Below, one piece after another: positions 1-6,725 of a stretch of 6,906 nt of DNA. A model generated the notes under the pieces. The model saw nothing but the letters and a program-made list of their open reading frames with translations. It ran no database searches and was not told where the DNA came from. The DNA is from a virus (Duplodnaviria > Heunggongvirae > Uroviricota > Caudoviricetes), in IMG/VR virus record IMGVR_UViG_2690316278_000011; one strand, written 5' to 3'. The translations under genes were made by a program, and so were the position numbers. Each line of letters begins with the position of its first letter. Within the stretch, counting starts at the first letter, position 1.

Positions 1-16
1 CGCCTTACCGTAGCGA

Positions 17-175
17 TCAAACTCGGAGCGGGTCGTATTCGTTTCGGTCAGGACATACATGCCGTAAATCTGCCCGACGCCAATTTTTCACATGCCGCCA
101 GCTTTTGTTTTGCTGTAACTGCTGATGCGGCAATGTACGCAGCTCAAAAACAAACATGCCGTAGATCATCATCAT
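17..175 (-). CDS. Short ORF (52 aa) with gpU-like N-terminus; possibly a disrupted tail terminator (gpU) gene
   Basis: Three tandem ATG codons (175-167) preceded by GAGGAG about 8 nt upstream; the first ATG overlaps the T-gene stop (ATGA). Translation MMMIYGMFVFELRTLPHQQLQQNKSWRH... resembles P2 gpU N-termini as I recall them. The ORF stops at 19-17 after 52 codons, while a second frame (87..1, ...KIGVGQIYGMYVLTETNTTRSEFDRYGKA) stays open to the window edge. Confidence 0.4.
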   Translation of the reverse strand: MMMIYGMFVFELRTLPHQQLQQNKSWRHVKNWRRADLRHVCPDRNEYDPLRV

Positions 176-3123
176 GGCCATGACTCCTCAATCTTTATCG
201 TAAAAACTGCCACGNNNNNNNNNNNNNNNNNNNNNNNNNNNNNNNNNNNNNNNNNNNNNNNNNNNNNNNNNNNNNNNNNNNNNNNNNNNNNNNNNNNNNN
301 NNNNNNNNNNNNNNNNNNNNNNNNNNNNNNNNNNNNNNNNNNNNNNNNNNNNNNNNNNNNNNNNNNNNNNNNNNNNNNNNNNNNNNNNNNNNNNNNNNNN
401 NNNNNNNNNNNNNNNNNNNNNNNNNNNNNNNNNNNNNNNNNNNNNNNNNNNNNNNNNNNNNCAGGGACCAGCGCCGGAGGCAGCGGAGCCGGGACCACGG
501 GNNNNNNNNNNNNNNNNNNNNNNNNNNNNNNNNNNNNNNNNNNNNNNNNNNNNNNNNNNNNNNNNNNNNNNNNNNNNNNNNNNNNNNNNNNNNNNNNNNN
601 NNNNNNNNNNNNNNNNNNNNNNNNNNNNNNNNNNNNNNNNNNNNNNNNNNNNNNNNNNNNNNNNNNNNNNNNNNNNNNNNNNNNNNNNNNNNNNNNNNNN
701 NNNNNNNNNNNNNNNNNNNNNNNNNNNNNNNNNNNNNNNNNNNNNNNNNNNNNNNNNNNNNNNNNNNNNNNNNNNNNNNNNNNNNNACAGGCTTCGGCGG
801 ATTGATTTTCGCCAGGTCCCCCTGAAGCAAGGCAACCTTGTCCTGAAGAATGGCCGCACGCTGTGCGTCTNNNNNNNNNNNNNNNNNNNNNNNNNNNNNN
901 NNNNNNNNNNNNNNNNNNNNNNNNNNNNNNNNNNNNNNNNNNNNNNNNNNNNNNNNNNNNNNNNNNNNNNNNNNNNNNNNNNNNNNNNNNNNNNNNNNNN
1001 NNNNNNNNNNNNNNNNNNNNNNNNNNNNNNNNNNNNNNNNNNNNNNNNNNNNNNNNNNNNNNNNNNNNNNNNNNNNNNNNNNNNNNNNNNNNNNNNNNNN
1101 NNAACCAGTTAAAGACCTGAATAATCCCATCGCGCACGACATCAAAAACAGGGCCAAACCGTTCAAAGGTTTCGCGCAACGGGGTCAGCCTTTCCATAAT
1201 CCCGCTGAACACCCCGGCAAAAAATGCCCTGATGGGATCCCAGTATTTCCAGATAAGAACGGCAGCTCCGGCAAGCGCAGCCACGATAAGACTAACCGGA
1301 CTGAACAGCGCCCCGATAGCGCCACCAAGTAAAGAAACGGAACCCGTCACCATTCCCCATAATGCAGGCAGAACCCTGACAACATTCATTGATTCGGTCA
1401 GGAGAGAAAAACCGAGACGCAACGTAGCCAGCTTCCCGTGAAGCACCCCAATAACCAGAGACAACGAACCAACCGTTGCTGTTGTCGCCAGCAGTGCGCC
1501 TCCCGCTATCAGTAACTGGCGCGTCAGTGCCGGGTGGGCCTGCGCCAGCGCCGTCACCTTTGAGACAACCCGCGTGAGCCACTGCGTGACAGAACGCAGC
1601 GGACCGTCAACCAGATCACTGATGCGAATACGCAGACCTTCCCATGCACTGCCGAGTGATTTCAGGTTGCCATCAAGGTTATTGGCCATAACCTTTGCCG
1701 TGCGTTCTGCCTCACCGCGCGCGCCTTCAAGTTCTTTTCTCAGTTTGGCTAAGAAGCCGTCACCTGCCGCATCAACGAGGCCCATAAATGATGTGAAAGC
1801 CTCTTCTCCGGCAATGTCCTTAAAGAACGATACCCGGTCAACCTCCCCGTATTTGCGGGTGGCTTTATAGAGATCGGCCAGCACATTCTCCATCGGGCGC
1901 ATTTTGCCTTTGGCGTCAGCAACTGACACCCCCAGCTCTTTCAGTGCTTCTGCCGCTGCCTTTGGCGGTGATGACAGATTGGCCAGGCTTTTACGCAACG
2001 CTGTACCTGCATCACTCCCCCTGATACCCATCTTCGCCAGCACGCCCGCCATCGCTGCGGCCTGCTCCAGCGATATTCCCAGCTTACCCGCCACCGGACC
2101 TGCATATTTCATGGTTTCGCCCAGTGCGCGAAGGTCAGTGTTGGTACGGGTAAACGCTGCGGTAAGTGTGTCACCGACCCGGTCCATCTGGTCAGCAGAG
2201 AGGCCGAACTGCGTCAGGATATTGGAACCAATATCCGCCGTCTCGCCGAGGTCCATACCGCCAGCCGTTGCCATGCTCAGCACGCCGGGAAGCGCAGCCT
2301 GAATGGCCTGCGGTGTGAAACCAGCCATTGCAAGAAATGCCTGTCCACTGGCGGCATCGCCTGCGGTGAACTGCGTTTCAGAGCCAAGTTTTAACGCCTG
2401 CTCACGCAGCGCCTTAAACTGCGGGCTGTTTTTATCGATTCGCGTCAGTGCCTGAACACGGGACATCTCTTTCCCGAACCCGATAGCGGGCTGCAAAAAA
2501 CGCCCGGCAGCATAGCCGCCCGCTGCCGCCGCACCTGTTGCCAGCGCACCACCTGTTTTCAGTTTTCCCGCTGTTTCCTGCGCGCGTGAATACCGCTCAC
2601 GCGCCTGCGTTACACGCGCAAGCGCCCGCCGTTCGCGTTCAAGCTGGTTGTTGTATTGTCCGGTGCGTCTGATGGCCTGCTGGATGGTGTTATCGCTGCC
2701 TGTCAGGGAAATGCCGTGGCGTTTCAGCTCTCCGCCAAGTTCCCGCATTTTCTGAATTTCCCGTGTGCGCGATTCATTCAGGCGTTCAAGCCGGGTGCTT
2801 AACTGCTGCATCAGCTTTTGTTGTTTTTCGCTGAGCACTGTACCCGTGCGTTGTAACTGATTAAGGGCGTTAAGCTGGCGTCGTGCTTTCACGATGCCCG
2901 CATCCGCTTTACTGACAGCGTCACGGGCGCGCTCAAATGAACGCGCCTGACGCTCGAGATTTTTGATCGCCCCCTGCGTTCGCTGGATGGAGTCACCAAA
3001 CTGCCCCATCAGGCGGCGGGCGTTTTCGGCAGGCCGGGTCAGCCTGTCAACGGCGCTGAAAGCGACCCGGATATCAAGAGTCTTCATTGTCTGCATTCCC
3101 GCTGCGAAGTGCCGCCCGCTCAC
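172..3123 (-). CDS. Phage tail tape measure protein (P2 gpT-like)
   Basis: Long minus-strand ORF, nominally 983 aa. The first 673 residues (3123..1105) are unmasked: coiled-coil-like N-terminal region, TMP core-like segment (...FTAGDAASGQAFLAMAGFTPQAIQAALPGVLSMATAGGMDLGETADIGSNILTQFGL...), then a long hydrophobic stretch (about 1240-1533). Sits directly after E/E' as in P2. Start is ambiguous (GTG 3123, ATG 3096 or ATG 3087). The C-terminal third crosses three N-runs and its frame cannot be verified. Confidence 0.85.
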   Translation of the reverse strand: MSGRHFAAGMQTMKTLDIRVAFSAVDRLTRPAENARRLMGQFGDSIQRTQGAIKNLERQARSFERARDAVSKADAGIVKARRQLNALNQLQRTGTVLSEKQQKLMQQLSTRLERLNESRTREIQKMRELGGELKRHGISLTGSDNTIQQAIRRTGQYNNQLERERRALARVTQARERYSRAQETAGKLKTGGALATGAAAAGGYAAGRFLQPAIGFGKEMSRVQALTRIDKNSPQFKALREQALKLGSETQFTAGDAASGQAFLAMAGFTPQAIQAALPGVLSMATAGGMDLGETADIGSNILTQFGLSADQMDRVGDTLTAAFTRTNTDLRALGETMKYAGPVAGKLGISLEQAAAMAGVLAKMGIRGSDAGTALRKSLANLSSPPKAAAEALKELGVSVADAKGKMRPMENVLADLYKATRKYGEVDRVSFFKDIAGEEAFTSFMGLVDAAGDGFLAKLRKELEGARGEAERTAKVMANNLDGNLKSLGSAWEGLRIRISDLVDGPLRSVTQWLTRVVSKVTALAQAHPALTRQLLIAGGALLATTATVGSLSLVIGVLHGKLATLRLGFSLLTESMNVVRVLPALWGMVTGSVSLLGGAIGALFSPVSLIVAALAGAAVLIWKYWDPIRAFFAGVFSGIMERLTPLRETFERFGPVFDVVRDGIIQVFNWXXXXXXXXXXXXXXXXXXXXXXXXXXXXXXXXXXXXXXXXXXXXXXXXXXXXXXXXXXXXXXXXXXXXXXXXXXXXXXRRTACGHSSGQGCLASGGPGENQSAEACXXXXXXXXXXXXXXXXXXXXXXXXXXXXXXXXXXXXXXXXXXXXXXXXXXXXXXXXXXXXXXXXXXXXXXXXXXXXXXXXXXXXXXXXXXXXXXXPVVPAPLPPALVPXXXXXXXXXXXXXXXXXXXXXXXXXXXXXXXXXXXXXXXXXXXXXXXXXXXXXXXXXXXXXXXXXXXXXXXXXXXXXXXXXXXVAVFTIKIEESWP
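215..461. other. Run of N (masked or unresolved), 247 nt
   Basis: Contiguous n characters inside the tape measure gene. Confidence 1.
502..786. other. Run of N (masked or unresolved), 285 nt
   Basis: Contiguous n characters inside the tape measure gene. Confidence 1.
871..1102. other. Run of N (masked or unresolved), 232 nt
   Basis: Contiguous n characters inside the tape measure gene. Confidence 1.
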
Positions 3124-3603
3124 GCCAGCTAACCACTTCGCCGGGCGTCATCATGAAGATTTCGGCGGGCGACCAGTTAAAAATGGCGGCAATATCCGCC
3201 ACAAAGTCTTCTATGTGCTCAAAGCACACAACCGTGATCAGGCTTCCGTCGCCTGTTCGTTCTTCTCGCCAGAGTCCGCACCGCTCAAAAAATTTACGGC
3301 AACCACACATAACTGAATAAAGTCACGGGATGCCATTTTTTTGATCGTCACTTCATCCAGTCGCGGTGATGTCACGCGTGACAGCAGCGTAAACATGGAT
3401 TCCGCTTTCAAATTCAGCACATCAGACAGCGACAAATCTCGCAGAGATCCAGCCTGCTCAATAGCCCCGGTGATCTCCACATACGTGATTTTTTCGCCGC
3501 CTCGCTCAATTGGTTGGGTAAGTTTTACGCCACGCTCACTGGTTTCTTTCACAGTGTCAGCAACGACCGTGTTTTCGGTATCGATGTTTTTCGTCTCTTT
3601 CAT
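3074..3603 (-). CDS. gpE+E' fusion chaperone made by programmed -1 frameshift (about 176 aa)
   Basis: The -1 frame is open from 3322 to its stop at 3076-3074 and overlaps the gpE frame across T TTT TTG (minus strand, 3292..3286). After the slip the reading continues ERCGLWREERTGDGS...NADNEDS. The E' frame has a stop at 3325-3323 upstream, so E' cannot be an independent long gene. The 3' end overlaps the T start. Confidence 0.7.
3238..3603 (-). CDS. Tail assembly chaperone, gpE-like (zero-frame product)
   Basis: 121-aa ORF between the tube and tape measure genes. ATG at 3603 preceded by AAGGAG with about 7 nt spacing. Contains the slippery heptamer near its 3' end. Confidence 0.8.
   Translation of the reverse strand: MKETKNIDTENTVVADTVKETSERGVKLTQPIERGGEKITYVEITGAIEQAGSLRDLSLSDVLNLKAESMFTLLSRVTSPRLDEVTIKKMASRDFIQLCVVAVNFLSGADSGEKNEQATEA
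3286..3292 (-). other. -1 programmed ribosomal frameshift slippery heptamer T TTT TTG
   Basis: Zero-frame codons AAT TTT TTG (N-F-L of gpE) fit the X XXY YYZ pattern; the -1 frame reads TTT TTT GAG into the E' extension. Both frames are open across the site. Confidence 0.7.
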
Positions 3604-3625
3604 CAGGAAACTCCTTTCAGTCAGA

Positions 3626-3644
3626 GGCGACGCACTGCGCCGCC
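3626..3644 (-). promoter_or_regulatory. GC-rich intercistronic stem-loop between the tube and gpE genes
   Basis: Plus-strand GGCGACGC-ACT-GCGCCGCC: 8-bp stem with one A/C mismatch and a 3-nt loop, inside the 54-nt gap between the FII stop (3658) and the E start (3603). No U-tract follows on the transcribed strand. Confidence 0.35.
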
Positions 3645-3657
3645 TGCATATTACTTA

Positions 3658-4170
3658 TCAGCCAAGCCCGAGCGCGGAACGGATGCGATCGGGCACAATG
3701 TCCCTGCCGTCCTTCCGGTAAATGAAGTTCAGCAGGTCAATCTCCCACAACGGGCGATCGTTAACACTCAGCTTGTAGTAGGTGTTTTTAATGGCGTAAG
3801 TGTGTGATGTGGCTTCGCCCTGTTTGGCTTCCCCCATATCAATTTCCGTCACACGTCCGCGCATTTCGACTTCATACAGGTCGCTTTCAGCGTCGGTGTA
3901 GTATTCACCCGCAAAACGCAGCAGCGTACCGTCAATCGTGCCGCCATACTTAAGGAACAGCTCACGAACTGCGCCCCCCATGACAAAGCTCGCATCAAGC
4001 GCGGAGTCATCCAGGCCGAGATCAATACTTACCGCTCCCATCATGCCACCACCCCGGTAGCTGTCGGTTTTGCGCGTCAGCTTAGGCAGAGTGACGGACG
4101 TCACCTTACCCACTTCGTTTTCACCATCCACAAACAGCGTAAAAAAGCGAAGATGTTTTGGTACAGCCAT
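3658..4170 (-). CDS. Tail tube protein (P2 gpFII-like)
   Basis: 170-aa ORF (MAVPKHLRFFTLFVDGENEVGKVTSVTLPKLTRKTDSYRGGGMMGA...) closely resembling P2 FII as I recall it (...VTLPKLTRK...YRG.GM...). ATG at 4170 preceded by GGGAGG; the start overlaps the sheath stop (TGATG). Confidence 0.9.
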   Translation of the reverse strand: MAVPKHLRFFTLFVDGENEVGKVTSVTLPKLTRKTDSYRGGGMMGAVSIDLGLDDSALDASFVMGGAVRELFLKYGGTIDGTLLRFAGEYYTDAESDLYEVEMRGRVTEIDMGEAKQGEATSHTYAIKNTYYKLSVNDRPLWEIDLLNFIYRKDGRDIVPDRIRSALGLG

Positions 4171-5253
4171 CAGGCACCTCCCAGCACCGCAAATGCGGGA
4201 CCAAAGAATTCATCAGTAAACGACTGGTAAAGCTCCATGTCTTCCAGCGGGGGAACAGGCGTATATTTGTAGCGAATACGCACGCGCCCCTGACGTAAAT
4301 TCGTGGTGCCGTTATCCACCACGTCATACCAGCACGACGCCCCAATCAGTTTCCCGGCAGTAACCAGTGAATCCAGTTTTGCCCTGATGGCACCGATAAC
4401 ATCCTTCACGTTCGCAGGCGTCAGTGGACTGTCGATGGTTTCAAACTGCGCTTCCGCAATTGAATCAGCCAGCACCTGTGCGGTTCGGGTATACACCTCA
4501 AAGATGTAGGCGTTCGTTTCCGGTGTGCGGTTGCCCCAGAAGCGGAACCCGTTGCGACGAATAATGGTCGTGATTTCTTTGTTGTTGAGGCTGTTGGCAT
4601 CACTGTCTTCGGCCTGCAACGACCAGAACACATGCCTGGACATCCCCAGCACATTTTTAACCGGAACGTTGGACAGCGATTTGTGCCAGCCCTGCTCATG
4701 GTCAATGTACGCACGAAGGCCGCACGCATAGGCAGGCGCGGGGAACGTTTCGTTTTTGCCACTTTTCGGGTTGTAGGCGATGAAGTCCGGCCATAAGAGC
4801 ATCACCTCACGTTCGTTGAATTTCTGGCGGTAGGTAATTGCCTCAGCCATCGTGTTACAGTCATGACATGAGGCATACACAAACGCGCGCAGTTTACCCG
4901 CAATCACGCACAGGGATTTTGTCACCGCCTCCGTGTCCAGCTCCGGCGCGGCCAGAATACGCGGACGGTATCCGATGCTTTCATCCTGCTCTGCAACAAG
5001 CAGCGCATACATCCCCGTATAGCTGCCGTCAGATTCAGAACCACCGATAACCAGTTGATCCTGCGTTTTTCCGTCTTCTTCNNNNNNNNNNNNNNNNNNN
5101 NNNNNNNNNNNNNNNNNNNNNNNNNNNNNNCCACGCGAACGACGATCACCTTTGTGCTCACCTGGTCTGCGATGGCCTTAAGCGCACGATAAAGCGTCCC
5201 CGTTGTTCCGCATTTTCCCAGCACGTCATTGACGCGGGGCAGCAGTGTGGGCT
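4170..5253 (-). CDS. Tail sheath protein (P2 gpFI-like), 5'-partial as visible
   Basis: The 280-aa ORF 4170..5012 matches the sheath C-terminal two-thirds (...GFRFWGNRT...YTRTAQV...YKYTPVPPLED...). The same frame stays open upstream of Met-5012 (EEDGKTQDQLVIGGSESDGSYTG-MYALL) up to the 49-N run. Segment 5131..5253 encodes PTLLPRVNDVLGKCGTTGTLYRALKAIADQVSTKVIVVRV, sheath N-terminal-like, but in a different nominal frame. The start codon lies inside the masked 5254-5541 block. Confidence 0.85.
5082..5130. other. Run of N (masked or unresolved), 49 nt
   Basis: Contiguous n characters inside the sheath gene; the sheath-like frames on either side differ by one position. Confidence 1.
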
Positions 5254-5541
5254 NNNNNNNNNNNNNNNNNNNNNNNNNNNNNNNNNNNNNNNNNNNNNNN
5301 NNNNNNNNNNNNNNNNNNNNNNNNNNNNNNNNNNNNNNNNNNNNNNNNNNNNNNNNNNNNNNNNNNNNNNNNNNNNNNNNNNNNNNNNNNNNNNNNNNNN
5401 NNNNNNNNNNNNNNNNNNNNNNNNNNNNNNNNNNNNNNNNNNNNNNNNNNNNNNNNNNNNNNNNNNNNNNNNNNNNNNNNNNNNNNNNNNNNNNNNNNNN
5501 NNNNNNNNNNNNNNNNNNNNNNNNNNNNNNNNNNNNNNNNN
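5254..5541. other. Run of N (masked or unresolved), 288 nt
   Basis: Contiguous n characters covering the sheath start and the region upstream of it. Confidence 1.
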
Positions 5542-5627
5542 CCCCCTCCGCACGCACATGCGACCATGCCACACAGGGAGGGAGCAGATGACCGACACCA
5601 CCATGCAATTGCTCAGTCAGGGCACAG

Positions 5628-5654
5628 NNNNNNNNNNNNNNNNNNNNNNNNNNN
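5628..5654. other. Run of N (masked or unresolved), 27 nt
   Basis: Contiguous n characters immediately upstream of the gpD-like ORF. Confidence 1.
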
Positions 5655-5660
5655 GACCCC

Positions 5661-6725
5661 GTGAAAATGCCGGATTTTGATATTCTCGCGGAGGGTAAAA
5701 CGCTGTCAGGCGTGGCAGAGCGCCTGATGAGCCTGTCACTGACCGACAACCGGGGATTTGAGGCGGACCAGCTCACCATCACGCTGGATGATGCGGATGG
5801 TCAGTTGCAGCTACCGCCACGGGGCGCGCGCCTGACGGTTCTCATTGGCTGGAAGGGAGAACCGCTGACAGAAAAAGGCACTTACATTGTTGATGAAATC
5901 GCTCACGAAGGACCGCCGGACAGGCTGACTGTTTCAGCCAGAAGCGCAGATTTTCGGGCTGAATTTAACGTTAAACGTGAGGTGTCCTGGCATGATGTGA
6001 CCGTTGAGCGTGTGGTATCCGCCATCGCTCATCGGTATGGTCTGAAACCGCAAATCAGCGAAATGCTGATGGATATCGAAATCGACCACGCCGACCAGAC
6101 CGAAGAAAGCGACATGTCCTTCCTTACGCGCATGGCGGAAATGCTGGGCGCAATCACCACGGTAAAAAGCGGTAATCTGTTATTCATCATGCCCGGTGGT
6201 GGCGTGAACGCACAGGGCCAGCCGTTGCCCTCGTTCGCCATCACACGCAGCAGCGGCGATCGCCATCAGTTCCGCATTGCTGACCGCGAAGCGTATACGG
6301 GGGTACGCGCTTACTGGCTTGATCTTAATTACGGGAAAAAGAAAAAAGTCAGCGTGAAACGCCGCAAACCGTCAAAACCAAAAAAGGAGAAAAGCAGCAG
6401 CCGGGAAGGCGACTATATGGAAGGTGCGGAAGGCAACGTGTTTGTGTTACGCAAAACTTATCAGAACGAGCAGGCAGCAAGACGTGCAGCGGCGGCAAAG
6501 TGGCAGCAGCTACAACGCGGAGCCGCATCATTCTCCATCACACTGGCGCATGGACGTGCAGAACTCTACCCCGAAATGCATGGCACGGTAACAGGATTTA
6601 AAAGCGAGATTGATAATCAGGACTGGATTATTGCAAAAGCCGAGCACACCATTGATAACAGCGGCTTTACCACGCAGCTTGAGCTTGAGGCAAAAATCCC
6701 GGAATGGATAGCAGAAACAGAGTGA
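5661..6725 (+). CDS. Tail/baseplate hub protein, P2 gpD-like (late control D family)
   Basis: 354-aa ORF with family hallmarks as I recall them: PDF near the N-terminus, SLTDNRGFEADQL, GW.GEPL, ARSADF, DQTEESD..FLTRMA, IADREAYTGVRAYW. The ORF-finder start is GTG 5661 (ATG at 5667), but the frame is open back into the N-run, so the true start is uncertain. Stop TGA at 6723-6725. Confidence 0.85.
   Translation: MKMPDFDILAEGKTLSGVAERLMSLSLTDNRGFEADQLTITLDDADGQLQLPPRGARLTVLIGWKGEPLTEKGTYIVDEIAHEGPPDRLTVSARSADFRAEFNVKREVSWHDVTVERVVSAIAHRYGLKPQISEMLMDIEIDHADQTEESDMSFLTRMAEMLGAITTVKSGNLLFIMPGGGVNAQGQPLPSFAITRSSGDRHQFRIADREAYTGVRAYWLDLNYGKKKKVSVKRRKPSKPKKEKSSSREGDYMEGAEGNVFVLRKTYQNEQAARRAAAAKWQQLQRGAASFSITLAHGRAELYPEMHGTVTGFKSEIDNQDWIIAKAEHTIDNSGFTTQLELEAKIPEWIAETE

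Noticed and set aside
188-1166. Minus-strand ORFs 188..859 and 195..1166 as separate genes
   Set aside because: These are alternative frames of the tape measure region bridged by N-runs. One may hold the true T frame locally, but they are not independent genes.
125-1332. Plus-strand ORFs 125..805, 850..1332 and 863..1120
   Set aside because: Made up mostly of X translated from N-runs and antisense to the tape measure gene; no independent start signals.
1232-2302. Plus-strand ORFs 1232..1441, 1574..1870, 1904..2302 and minus-strand 1292..1582
   Set aside because: They overlap the clearly coding tape measure frame, mostly antisense, and have an Ala/Ser/Pro/Arg-rich composition typical of off-frame translation of GC-rich coding DNA.
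3074-3310. E' as an independent gene starting at Met-3310
   Set aside because: Its frame has no plausible ribosome-binding site, and the canonical slippery heptamer links it to gpE; it is better explained as the -1 frameshift extension.
2963-3320. Plus-strand ORFs 2963..3316 and 3087..3320
   Set aside because: Antisense to the T start and E/E' region; no ribosome-binding site and no homology recognised.
3341-3807. Plus-strand ORFs 3341..3721 and 3514..3807
   Set aside because: Antisense to the gpE and tube genes; no support.
4121-4762. Minus-strand ORFs 4121..4345 and 4421..4762, plus-strand 4303..4509 and 4525..4731
   Set aside because: Off-frame or antisense overlaps within the sheath gene, which has strong homology in its own frame.
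5542-5587. P2-type late promoter (Ogr/Delta-dependent TGT-N12-ACA dyad) upstream of the sheath or gpD genes
   Set aside because: No TGT-N12-ACA dyad is visible in the only unmasked 46 nt, and the expected promoter region is otherwise hidden by N.
4922-5782. Minus-strand ORF 4922..5782 (286 aa) and ORFs 5158..5604, 5226..5567, 5229..5591, 5245..5664
   Set aside because: Artefacts of reading through N-runs as X. Only 5131..5253 of the first carries real (sheath N-terminal) coding signal, which is assigned to the sheath feature.
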